In this document: piece by piece, positions 40,524 through 53,200 of the stretch
Layout of the letters: every line of letters starts with the position of its first letter
How positions within the stretch are numbered: the stretch's first letter is position 1
DNA from: Sarea resinae
Lineage: Eukaryota
Direction of reading: 5' to 3'
DNA length: 64,000 nt
Assembly (NCBI GenBank): GCA_026026165.1
Contig: JAPEUD010000008.1
Coordinates: forward strand, 62,001 to 126,000
The notes under the pieces: model-generated
What the model saw: only the letters and a program-made list of their open reading frames with translations
Databases searched by the model: none
Told to the model about the DNA's origin: nothing
Made by a program: the position numbers and the translations under genes

Positions 40524-43500
40524 ATTTCGAGGCGGGACATGTATGTGGGTCTAGGCATGTAGGTGGGGCTGTCGAAGCTAGGAGAATATATTGACGCGAT
40601 TTGTTGTCCTTGATCTTTGGCTAGTATCGGGACCGAGGACGGGAATATAGGGGAAAAAAGAGAGGACGGGTTATGTTGTTTGGGCTGTCTGGGGTATGTC
40701 ATAGGCAGCGCACCTTCTTTCCTTCAACAAAGAAGCTGTTTTGCCGCGCCTCAATATATTTGTGAATTGTTCGAGACGAAGGGGTGATATAATCTATAGT
40801 ACCTCTATCGCGTCTGTGTGTCTAACACGGTGGGAATATTACCCTTTCCTTCCCTCTCTCTCTCTAGCTCAGCCACCAGCACCAGCACTAGATCTCGAGA
40901 ATTAAATGTAAGCTTCTGACCTCGATCTAGAACATCGAACCATAGATAACCTTTCCGGTAATCCAGTCAATCAGTCAGTCAGTCCGTCAGTCAGTCATCC
41001 GAACAGCCACCAACCTCGAGATCAAAGCACACCAAGTAGAAAAAGATAATACCCTCCAGTCTTCCTTTCTCATCCCTGCTCCATCCCATCCCAGGATCCT
41101 GCGTGATCATGATTCCACCGTTGTTTGTGATCAAGATCCTGCTGACCCTATCTGTGTTCCCGCTGCCCTTCCCGCTCCGTCCTTCCCGCTCTACGTCTCG
41201 CTCCACGCCCCCTTTTCCTCCCCTTGCTCTTCTACATCCCGCTCGGCTTCCATTCCGCTACCACACCGTGCCCACTCCCACTCCCTCTCCCTTTCCTGCT
41301 TACAAAAGCCAAAATCAAACTCAATAAAATCAACATCAAGAGCGAAAGCAAAAGAATAGAAAACCCCCTTGCCCCGCCCACAGCAGAGATCCCCGCCCTG
41401 TAGCTCACGCTCTGGCATGCATGCACGCACGCTACGTATTACTTCCGGACAACGCCGTCGACGGAACGCCGTTGACGAGAACTTACAGTGCGTATGCAGT
41501 AATGACCATTTCGGCAGCTCTTGCAGGACATTTCTAAGCCAACTCTACATTTCAAACCATGGCCCGGGGGGTCTCTGATTTCTGGATCCAAGGGCTCTAG
41601 GTATAGACGAGAATATAGATGGGCTTGTAAACAGGATCTATTGTCTATATCTAAGCTATAGCAGATACAGTACTGGCACCCCTGGCACAGGCACCTACCT
41701 ACTTACCTACCGTAGCTAGCTAGGTACGCTTGCACGGCATACAAATATTATACATGCATACATGGATCAGACGCTCTCGGAGAGCCGGCGTGGTCTGTTC
41801 GTAAATGTTATAGCACCTACCGTTGATGGTCGCATTAGGCCGGGTCAGATGACAGGAGCGGAGATGGTTAGTTAGTTAGTTAGTAGCTGGACAGGAATGG
41901 GTTGCCGTTGTGGTATTGGGCTCATGGAATGGGATTGGTGAAGGGAGTTGTTGTTGTTGACATTGTTGTTGGTGTTGACGTTGATGGACAGTCGATACGT
42001 GATATGGCGACGGCGGTAGAAGGGGTCGCGACAGTCATCTCCTCCTACCACGCGAGCGGATGCAGGATCGATCGATATGCAGTCGAGCGGGCGGGCGGGC
42101 GAGCAGGCGAGGGCGGGGCGGGGAGGTCCCCATGAGCTACTTCTTCCACCGGGCCCGGAACGGGACGAGGCGAGACGAAGAATAGACACAGCATCATCAA
42201 CGAGAAAACCGTACGGTAGCTAGCTACCTACCTAAGCTATCCATCTCCAAGCTCCCTCCGCCTTGAACACCCGCCCGTCCGAGTTCCACCCCACCCCGCC
42301 CCGCCGTCCAAACCCCCCTCCCGCTACCACGCTCCCACCTTTTCTCATCATGAACCCAACATGATAAAAACCCGCTCATTGAATTCCATTCATTCAACGG
42401 CCGGCCATGCGAGAATTCTATCCGCGCACATCATTTTCCCCAATGTGTACCTCGCTCGTCTCTCGTACCCCGGTACATATCTCATACACGCTTACATACC
42501 TACCCACCTACCTACACACGACGATCGGAAAAAAGCCTCTTTCTTGTAACGGGGTACGGAGTAGTCGAGATACCAATCTGATATCAAATGCACCCGACCG
42601 ATTTGCCTTAACGGATTGATTGCCCTGCTTGGCCGACCGACCGACTGACTGACCGACTACTGCCCGAGAGTCCAAGCCGAAAATCTATCCCATCCCATCC
42701 CTCTCTCTACCCTAGATATCTCCTCTAAAGCTCTACAGAAGCTCAGATGGGCCCGGCCCCTCAACACTCATATGTGTTAAACCCCCAACGTGCCGCTACG
42801 TCCCCCTTCCCAACCAACGTGCGTACAGGGTATCCAATGCAACGAGCGAGCCACAAAGGGAGAATGACTCTTGAGTACGAATTCGATTCTCCCGTTCCGA
42901 AACCTTTACGTTAGGAATCAGGAGCTAGGAGGTACGAGCTAGGAGCTTTGACGTGCGCGCGACGGCGGGCTGCCCGAGCGTTGGTCCTTTTTCAAGGCCT
43001 CGTCTGTCTGTCTGTCTGTCTGTCTGTCTGGCTGCCAGCAGCAAACAGCAACCAGCAACCAGCAAGCGGCGGGCGGCGGTAGTGGCAGTGGCAGCAGCAG
43101 CAGCAGCGGTAGCGGTAGTGACGGTAAACTAGACATGACATGGCATGGCGCGAGCCGAGATGGAAATCGAAATCGAAATCGAAATCGCCATCTCTTCTAC
43201 CTCACCTACCTTACTCTACCGATGGTGCAATGCTTACCCTGCTGCTAGTCGTGGCCGTAGTCCTAATCCTCGTCCTAATCGTGGTCATAGTCGTGGCCGC
43301 AGTCGTGGCCATCGTCGTCGTCGTCGGCGTCGTCGTCAGCGTCGTAGATACTAGGTATTGACAGATCGACCGACCGACTGACTGACTTCCCGGCCCAGCC
43401 AGGCTAGCCGTGGTCAAAAGAGAAGAAAAGAGAACATAAGAGAAAACAGCAGACGCTTAGACGCCCGTCCCGCGCGCCCGCCCGCGGCCATCCTTTTCCC

Positions 43501-44944
43501 GCCGTCCCACCCGTCCTCCGCCGTCTGTAGAGTACCGTAGTTGGAGGAACAATGGGCAATGCCCTAGCTTCCCTCCCTAGGGCTCACTCTAAAGTGATGA
43601 CATCTACACTATCTCGGTCGGGCGTTGGCGACAGAGAGTGACATGTCCTGTCCGCTCTAGGGCTCTATTCCCCCCTCTCTCTCTCCCTGCGTCCTGCCTG
43701 CCTGCCTGTCTGTCTTTGTGTCCGTCCGTCTGTCTGTCTACTGCACATAGACAGAACAGACAGACAAAGAGACGGCCCAGAGAACCAAAAACCCATTACA
43801 ATTCGTAGGCAAGGAATACTCTAGTATCGAAACCATCATTGCCGGTGAAATCAATATTCCAGTCTTCCAGCTCCCTCTGTTCTCATATAAAGAGGACCTA
43901 AGGCCCAGAGAAAGACGCAATCCAAAGTCAAGCGTAAGTCCTTTTCAAGGTATAAAGTAAAGGTAAATTATGATAAATGTGTACTGTGGTTCGTAAGGTA
44001 TAAGATATGCTGTAAACAAAATGTAATACCTTGACCTAACCTCAGCCTCAACAGAAGTTAGGTAGAAAAGTAAGGAGGCACTGAAGCCAGTCATCTTTCT
44101 AAAAGAAGGTCTTAGCCCTCATCACATCCCCCTCGCTCGCTCGCTCGCCGCCATCGGTTCGTAAGACCAACAACCAAAAGCAAAATACCAAACCCGGCCA
44201 AACCAAGCCAAACCAAACCGTACCAAACACACCTGTCTGCTGGAACACAGACAAAATCCGACAAGGAAACAGAATGATCCAACATGAAATCCCGCTCCTT
44301 CCCCATCATTTTAAGTGAAAAAGCCCGGTTCCGCAGGCCAAATTCCCAGGCCGCGTTGCTGACTTATTCAATGCAATATCTCAAGATTTCTGTTCGAGCA
44401 TCGAATAAAGATAGAAAAAAAAAACAGTTCTGCCTCCCCTGCCCCCCGAACCCCGAAAAGAGAAAGTCAAATCACACCCTCCCCCATTTCCTTGTATAGA
44501 GAAAGGAAGAAACGCCAGATATCCAGCCAGCCAGCCAAACAGACGACACTCAGAATCGTGTTATTCTCGGTGCCATCATTTGTCGCCAACTATCCACTTC
44601 GCCCCGCTCTAAATCCCTTTTAACCCTCTATTCGCCTCCTTTGTGTCTTGTCGAAGATTGCAGGATTATGACTTTCGATCCCTAGCCACAGTAAACGGAA
44701 CGTATGTAGGTTGATGGCTAGGTAAGAAGCTCGTTGGTGGCAATCAATGTTGAGAGACTGGCCTCTAGGGGGAACTCTAGATTAACTCCGAAGAACCGAA
44801 ATGATAATAATATCAATAAAAAAAAAGAACGAACGCCAGTAGTGATTAAACCGAATATAGGTAATTCTTCCAGAGGATCGTTCAGGCTGGAATATCAAGT
44901 TGCGAATGGTATGTCGTCATGTGCTGAAACAAATGGAACGAAAA

Positions 44945-46172
44945 CTAAGGATCCGAATCCCGAGGCAGAGGGCGTGGCGTGCCTGTAATGGATCAAGTCA
45001 GTCTCGAAATCAGAAACGGATCAGACCGGGTTTCCAATTGGACAACACTTACGACGTCTGGCATTGATGAACCAATTACTAATCTAGCAAGACGTCAGTT
45101 CTGTCAAAAACATAGCTAGGCCGATTGAAGCCGGAGGGGCCTCACTTGACTAATTGTCAGGCCAGTTCGTCGCATAAGCATCTGCTTCTCCTCCTCGCTA
45201 GGATACGGATGCGAGAGATGCTCATGAAACCACGTTCGGAGGAGGTCTGTGACTTGCTTCGGCAGATTTCCCCTCCGCCTCTTGCTTCGGTGTTCCGCGT
45301 AGTCTCCAAACATTTCGAAATTCATGCGATGTGGTCCGCTCGCTTGTAATGGAGAACGGTTCGACACAGGCCCAGCTTGGCCGGCATATGGCCCATGCCG
45401 GTGAGGCGTGTAGCTTTGGGATGAATATGGCGATGGAGGATAGCCAGGAGATATGGGCACCATCTCTCGATTCGGAGGAGGATAATTTCGAGGAGCGTCG
45501 TACCGAGTGTCGTATGGTATTTGCCTATCGCGCGGATGAGAACCGTATGAAGCCGATTGTCCGTGACCAAAGAGTGATGGCAAAGTGACGCCTTCAGATC
45601 CATGCTCTTCGTAGGGAGACAGTTGCGGAGGGGTCCTGTAAGGGTCCGCTGTCGTCGTGTATGATCTCGACCTAGTACTATCGGGCAGAGACATGAACGA
45701 GGAAGCCGAGGCCAAACTCAGGCGTCTATTTGACGGTTCGGAAGATGGAGAGATCCCTGTGCCCGGCCGTCCCGTTTGCGGGACTTGTGGTAAATGGACA
45801 TCGGACCGATAATCCGCAAAATCCTGATCAGTCGGAGATCTCGAGGACGTGCTGGCTTGTTGTGACAGACGATGTCTCTTCGGTGAACTCGCAATTGAAG
45901 ACGATGCTGATAACGGGCCTTGACCAGTGGGTGACTGCGGTAGCCGGGATGACGAATAGCCCTGTATTGATCCGCTCGAAGTAGGAGGAATCCGGTCGTG
46001 GATTTGAGGGATCACCTGCCGCCCGTTAGATGCTATAATCCAAAGGAGGCCGCAGAGCTCATACTTCTCCAATGGGTGGTAGGATATAATGATCCCTTCG
46101 ATGAAACGGGCTCACAATCTCTGCGACGGCCATGGCTTCGTTTTCTTCTTCGCGTGAAGGACTCCGCTCCAT
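44945..46172 (-). CDS. TALE/KN-class homeodomain transcription factor (Cup9/Tos8-like)
   Basis: KRRRGNLPKQVTDLLRTWFHEHLSHPYPSEEEKQMLMRRTGLTISQ|ISNWFINARR|R, with the PYP loop and WFINARRR helix 3. Introns 46016-46064, ~45084-45146, 44983-45052. N-terminal LPPIGEV motif. Confidence 0.9.
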
Positions 46173-47657
46173 TTTCCCCGGGAGCAGAGGCTCCCTTAAA
46201 GATAGTAATCACGGCCTTGTGAAAGAATACCTTGCCCTGTTAATGTCACCCATGGTCAGCCCTGTAGCAGAAGTCTAGAAACCCGGGCCAAGAAAGATCG
46301 GGCAGTCCACCCTCAAGGGCGCGGCCCGAGCAGCGTGCTAGAAGCCAGACAGACTGGATTCCAGAAGCACAGTGCGACCCCGATGTAGGGAAGCACATGT
46401 CAAGTCTCGACCCCGAAGTTTTGATGGGCAACCATCCCGATCCCCAATCGGTTTGCTCGGACGCCAGCCCAAATCGCAAAGGAACTCGTCCATACCTCAA
46501 TGATCTCCTCTCTCTCTCTCTTTCTCTCTCCGAGCCCAATTACCACAACTGCAGATCGAGCGGAATGATATTATTTCTAGAAATCTGGCCGGGTCCGACT
46601 CCAGCTTTTGAAGGTGCGAGAACTCTAAGGTATGTGCGCAAGGATCTGGTCCATCACTATTGAGCAACACCCAAAAAGGGAACCACGACCTAGAGGAGGT
46701 ACGAATGACACAGGAACCTCGAGCCTAAGATCAATTGGATTTCGACTTCGTTCAGCTGACATGTGGTCCGTCACCTCCCAACACGAATGACGGACTGGTG
46801 CAGGTAGCCGTGCAGACGAAATGTGAGATTATGTATGCGGGAGTTGGGATGGGATGCAGTGAGTACCGGCAGATGGAAGGGATGCAACGGTCCGCGAACC
46901 AAATACCTTGGCCGGGGGGCGGAGGTTCTAAGTTTGTTTTGACAGATAGCAGGCACCAGGGGTGTTCGGGGGATGGGTGAGCCCGGGGGGTGGAGAGGAC
47001 TGTTAGGGAAGGGGTGGGTGGTGTATGAAGGAATTAATTCGGGGAGAGGGGAGAAGAGAAGAAGATGCAGGCGCCAAGGTGGCGTCAGAGAAGATTCAGA
47101 GCTCCAACATGCAGATGCAGATGCAGATGCAGACGCTGAAGCCGATTCTGATACTGTACAGGACTGATCGATGCAGATGGGCGTTCGGCACCAGCAGCGA
47201 TACTCGATGTGGAGTTGATGCGGCCAAGGCCAGCGGCAGTGCAGGTATTAGACAATAAGAATATTTAGATGTAGGCGCCGATGGGTCAGCAACAATGTTG
47301 GCAGTAGTAGTGGGCGGGTAAGTAGGCCAGTCGGTAGCAGAAAGTAAAAGTAAACGTCTCGAGAAGAGATCAAAGGCAACGAGAGTGAGATGCGATGCAG
47401 ATGCAGATGCGAGATCTGTGCCCTGTGCCCTGTCCTGTGCTCCGTGCTCCGTGATCTGTGCTCTCTGCGTTGTGTCTGTGCTCTCCGAGGCCCCCCAGCG
47501 AGCTTTTTGCATCGATGGCCAGCCTTGATTCCGTCCGTCTAGTAAAGGCTAGGGGGCAGGTAAGGTAGATGAGTAGGCAGGCAGGTCATGTAATTGCAAG
47601 TCAGTCAGGCAAGTCAGGGCAGGGCAGGTAGTGAGTGAGTGGCAGTAGTGCCCTCCA

Positions 47658-47672
47658 GGGGGGAGGGGGGAT

Positions 47673-47710
<38 letters not shown>
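47658..47710 (+). repeat. Poly-G tract (G4-forming potential)
   Basis: GGGGGGAGGGGGGAT followed by 38 consecutive G (47673-47710); a second G run near 47837-47851. Confidence 0.9.
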
Positions 47711-47713
<3 letters not shown>

Positions 47714-48288
47714 GGCGGGAACGGTCTCTAGTACAGTACTCCGTGGACATGTATGTAGATAGTCTACCCTTCACGAGCCATTAGAGGGCAGAAGGTCATT
47801 GAGCTCAAGGGTTGCTGGGGCCACCATCGGGCCTTTTGGGGGGGGGGGGGAAGCCAGTAGTGGGTAGGGTAGATGCAAATTGCTGGGGGAGAATGGATCA
47901 TGGAGCATAGAGGATAGACGGTTAGCGATTAGCGGTTGGCGGTTACTGGAGCAGTTAGCCATACGGCGCCGTCATCAGCAGAGTACGAAATGCTCTAGGA
48001 GCCTGGGAGTACTTTGAGTCCTCGACTGAGCAAATAAAATAGAGCAGAGTCGAGGAGAGCAGCGAAGATCAGCAGCATCCTCCTCCTTCCCGGCCGACGC
48101 CAATGGCCGATCTCTTTGCTCGGTCAATCTTACCAGCCCCGGCGGGAGACCCTACTGCGCCGAGTTCGTACTTCGTGCTTGCCCACCTGCCACCTACCTC
48201 CCCATAGCCCCTACCTATAATCTCCCCTTCCCTACCTTGCCTTACATCACATCTAAAGTGCCACCTGTGGGCTCCACTACTGCCCACG

Positions 48289-48323
48289 GCCATGGCCCAT
48301 GCCCATGCCCATGCCCATGCCCA
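48289..48323 (+). repeat. (GCCCAT)n hexamer microsatellite
   Basis: Tandem gcccat copies. Confidence 0.8.
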
Positions 48324-48556
48324 CTGCCACGACTGCTACCGCTACGACCGCGACTATTACGACCATGACCGCCTCTACCTTACTCTGCTCTACTCTCGGG
48401 CTACTTCTTCATGACCCTGGACGTCCGAAGTAGGTACGACTACCACCTCCATGGACGTAATACATCGATTGGATGAGCTTACCTTACCTGAAGCATCATC
48501 GGCGGTATTCGGTACGAGGATCAAGACAGCAAGCTAGAAGGCGACTGCCGACCAGA

Positions 48557-48620
48557 CAACAACAACATCATCATCATCATCATCATCATCATCAACAACA
48601 ACAACCTCAACAACAACAAC
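48557..48620 (+). repeat. Compound (CAA)n(CAT)n(CAA)n microsatellite
   Basis: caacaacaa catcatcatcatcatcatcatcatcat caacaacaacaa. Confidence 0.85.
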
Positions 48621-50238
48621 GGCCGAGGACGTTAGAACCGTTCAAAAGACCGGGGCGGCAAGACACGGAAGCCTCCAGACGGTCGATCTTCATTACTACT
48701 TGGGCGCTCAGCGGCCGACCTCGACCTGACTTTGACTTGCCCTGCCAAGGAAGTACTTCATAGCTGGCTGTCCCTACTCTAGGTCTCTAGGCACTCTGTT
48801 GCGCCCATGACTGACAAACCCTCATCCGTTCTCGGGTTCCATACCTAGTACCATACCATATCATACCAACCCAGACTAACCTTGAAGCTGCCTACTGTAT
48901 GTACTCGCGGCAGAGTACTTCCGCAAGGTACCTCACTTGCCTGGCCGGCATGCGAGACTAGGGTGATGATGATCAACGGGCACAGGCCATATGTAGGTAC
49001 GAGTGCGGTACAGTGCGGTACAGTGCGGTACAGTAACGTACGGCAACGTCTCAGTTCAGGAAAGCTTCCTAATGGCAGTGTGTTGCCGCAGGAGCAGAGG
49101 CAAACTTCGGCGGAGCACAAGACGGGGAGCATTGCAGGATTAGCCGACGCCGTAGCCTGGTAACAGGAACAGTGGCAGCAGCGAGGATGGCAGGATGGTT
49201 GCAGAGTGGCAGCGGCAGCGGCAAGCATCATCGTGGCAGTACCAGATAGCAGCCACCCGTGTCCCAATACTGTCGCAGTCGAATTGGTGGTAGCGGGTAG
49301 CGGGTAGCGGTAGTGGTCGTAGTGGTCGTAGTGGTAGTGGTAGTGCTACTGGATCATCCGTGTGGGTATGTCAGTACGAGTAATGCAATGATACTCGTCC
49401 TGACGATGTTCTAGGCGGGCAGGCCGATAAGTGGAAGGCGGAGGCCAGCGGCGGCAGCGGACGCCCGGGATTCCCCTCAGATGCTGGCATGCTGGCATGC
49501 TGGCTTTGACTTGCTCGATCTCCAGACTGTCACCGACACTCTAGACTCGAGTAGGCAAAGTGTTATCCGGGCTGGGGAGTATGCAGAGGATGCATTCCCT
49601 GCGCCGGCGTATGTAGGGAGTGCTGCTAGTACTCATCGCACTCACGGTAGGTGGTCTAGAGTAGAGACTATCTGTACTGAAGTAGTACCTCTGCGCACCT
49701 CTGCGCTCGACGCTCAGAGGCCCCATCGGCCCAAGAACCTTGAGATGGGGCGCCGTGAGATGAGTCCAATCTGCGGCGGGCCACGTTACGGGATGCTCAC
49801 ATGACCGCCATGGGCTGTTGGGCGGCCGACGGTTGGGAGGCGAGTCGATTTCTGGCGTGCCATATGGCCGAATGGATCACTGCATCTATTGGATCTTCGT
49901 CTCTGGCCTGGCTTGGTCACGACAGAGGCAGAAACAGAGAGAGATTGGTGTTGATCGTTACCTGCAACGGGGCGGCTGCATTAGACCCTTTTTGACTCGG
50001 TGGCATCATTCTCGAGTGCCACGCAAGCCTCAGAGCCCAATACAATCTCGAGTAAAGGTACCCCGAATCCGCATGCGTCCGCGGTCCGCGCTGGCGCTGG
50101 ACCTGTGTTTATTCTCCACTTTGTCCGGTATAGAGCAGGAACAGCAGCAATGACAGAGTCGCTCATACCTGACCTTGCCTACATAGTACTCTACGGTGAC
50201 GGTCGAAGTGCAATGGTGATACCTAGTATGGTGCGTAG

Positions 50239-50292
50239 GCGATGTGCGATGTGCGATGTGCGATGTGCAATGTGCAATGTGCAATGTGCAAT
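50239..50292 (+). repeat. (GCRATGT)n heptamer array
   Basis: gcgatgt x4 then gcaatgt x3, a stepwise variant array. Confidence 0.85.
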
Positions 50293-53200
50293 ATGCCATG
50301 CCTGACTATGCGTTCATCGTGTGGGCCTAACTCCGCAAACACCGCGCATCGCCACGATCTGATTGATGGATGGGTTGATGGATTGATAGATTGCCCGCTG
50401 ACAGCGGTGATTTTCCCGATGATGACAGAGGATAAATACGGGGGGCCGACGACAGTCCCACCGAAATTGGATTTGTGGTTCTTGCTTTCCGCGCCCTCCA
50501 ATTCAATTCGCTTTTGCCCTTTCACATTTCGACAGGGCGCTAAGATTTGCGCTGCAGTTCTGGCCGATTGTGGAGTCATTAGAGTCCTCCAGCCTCTAGT
50601 GAGGCGGGATTGAGCACGGAGGACGAAGTACGAAGTACACCAGCTCGATCGGCAAGGAGTAGGCGGGAACTAGATGGGTGACATACGACGACAAGTCTGC
50701 CGGCGGATAGTGGACAGTAGACGGTGGACGGTGGTGGGTGGTGGATGGTGGATGGCGGATGGCGGATGGCGGGCAGCTGGTCGTGGCAGACAGAAATTGA
50801 GATGACTGAATTGAGATTACGATGAACGGCTATGATTGCGAGGTGCAGGTGTCACCCATGGGGGCCTTGCCGTCGGGGCCGAACGAGGCAAAGCGCCGTA
50901 GAGTACGAGAAGTCCGCTCTTCGCAAAGTACTCCGTAGTAGCAGTACGATGAGTAGAGTACGAGGACAGTACGAGCAGTACGAGTCGAGCTCGCGAGGAT
51001 TCGACGGTAGACCGCTTCGAGACCGCTAGAGCAGTCCCTAGAGCCAGGTAGGTACCGGTAGATATCAGGTACTCCAGAGCCCGATCCCTTCCATCGAATG
51101 CCTAGACCGTCTACTATGAGTAGAGTGTCCTAGAGTGCCGTCGTGGGTCCCAGGAAGAGAACCTGGAAAGCCGAGACGGGGATCGAGTTGGGGGGCCAAG
51201 AAAGGGATGGGGTGTCATGGTAGATGGTGATGGGTGCAGCTGCTGGTGGTTGGGCGACGACGGCCGGCGGCGGGCGGCGGGTGGGTGCGCGCGGTGGGAT
51301 GACCCAAGGGAAAGCAAAGTCGATGCAAATTGCCGCGCAACGCACCTCAGCGTCAACACATTCCTGATAAGGCTGGTAGTTCGTCCTGCAATACTCGATA
51401 GTTCGTCCCGGGATCGATTTACACTACCCCCGGGAGAAACACACACAACTTCCCCCCCCCGCCCCCCATGGGTACAGTAGGGTATGTAATCATCTTCTTC
51501 TGTCTTCTCTGGGCTGGTCACGACGTACGAAAACAGTCATCCCCTCTTGCAGGCATGCATGATATCGAAGGATCAGAATCAAAATTACCGTAGAATGAAT
51601 GAGGGAAGGATACCCCCTCCCCCTCTGCCCCTCGTAATCTGATACTACAGTATTACGTGTCTCCTCTGGGCTTCACGAATATAAGGAGGACAAGGCAAGT
51701 AGTCGTTCCTTCTGGTCGCACATGCCTGAGACGAAGCCCGTTCACTTTGACTTCTTTTTGCGCCGTAGTTCTGCCGCCCTGAATTAGTTGGTGTGTCCAG
51801 TGGCCTTTGACCAGTAGCTAGTTGACGCTGTTCGCCTCACGGACTCATTTGAGAATGCCTTCGAATGAGCAAATTCATGATTGGCAGCAGGGGTCTGAGC
51901 AGGGGAGGGTCGGGAAACGACGTAGCGTAGAGTAGACGACTGCGTAAGTAGAGCGCCATCTTTCGGAAGTTGGTGTTTTCCCCCCCCTTGCTTTAGGGGT
52001 TCGAGTGTGAGGGAAAGTATAACAACATGTCCGGAGTAAAAAGGACAGCCATACCGATGATGAATAACCCCGAGTACAATCATGAAGGTTTCGACGATTC
52101 TTTCACGGCTTGTTGTCACCATCCTTCCTGTAAGGGTACGGGTAAGGGAAGAAGGTTGGGGAGGATGACAGAAAATGGATGATGGAAAGCGGAAAAGTAG
52201 ACCGCGCTACCGGGATACTACTAATAAGCTGGAAATGTCAATCTTCAATAGTCCGTCGGTAGATGATTATTATCGACAGACGATCTTTGCTTTCCGGACC
52301 GCTCCCCGGTCCAAGCTACAGCCCAGACTACAGCAGCGCTACAGCTCATTACAGGGGCACGCGTTGTCGATGCTGTGGGTAAGCCCTGTAAGCAGCTTGA
52401 CGCCATCAAAATAACAGCAAACGTCTGGCAGCTTGGCGTCGCGCATCGCGGGAAGTCGAATTTTAGGGCACCAGAGAAAGGAGCCGAGAGCCGGCGGAAA
52501 TTTCCTGTCGGCTTCCTTTCCGCCATTCTGGGTCGTGGTTTTCTTTTACCTGCCTTTCTTTCAAGTTCACCGGGTTCGATGAATAGATTGCTCTTGATCG
52601 TTATCATAATCGGGCTGGGCTCAATAGAGTCTCCATTTAATTCTTGCTAGCCCGCTCGGAAGAAGCAACTTCCCCAGTCGGCACCGAGAAGGATCGCTCA
52701 TCATTTCCGAGTGAGCAGATCAATTCGTAAATAGATCGTTTTTGGATCTTCTGCGCGCCACAGCCCAGGTCTGGAATGGCACAGATTAACAAATTCAACC
52801 ATCTCGAACGTCACTGACATCGACGAAGTGGTCCACAGCAGGGACCAAGGGGCGTGACATGATTAATGATGACTGGATGACTGACCTGACTGCCCAGACA
52901 CAGAACTGACCAACTTTAGTTTGAAATTACGCAGAGTGCATGGACGGGGAAACGCAAGCCAATCGCCAGCTTGCCGAGCAAGTGCGACAGTTGCACCAAG
53001 GCGTGACCGGGGACCCGGAAGCAGGTCGTCATCACGTTGATGGATGGTCGTAAAGGTAAGAGAGGAAGAGGGGGAGAGAGACACACACATATACCACCAA
53101 CCTCGAGAGTTCCACAAGCAAGTGGCCCATTCATATCTTGCCCTTCTCTGCCTTTGAGCCAAAGTTATGCTTTGCTCCAGTCTGCAGGATCTGTCTTCCG

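Noticed and set aside
43140..43361. ORF with a long hydrophobic Val/Ile stretch
   Set aside because: Product of (GTC)n-type repeats in a microsatellite-dense region.
48473..48763. ORF with poly-His/poly-Gln
   Set aside because: Arises from the (CAA)/(CAT) microsatellite; no other coding signal.
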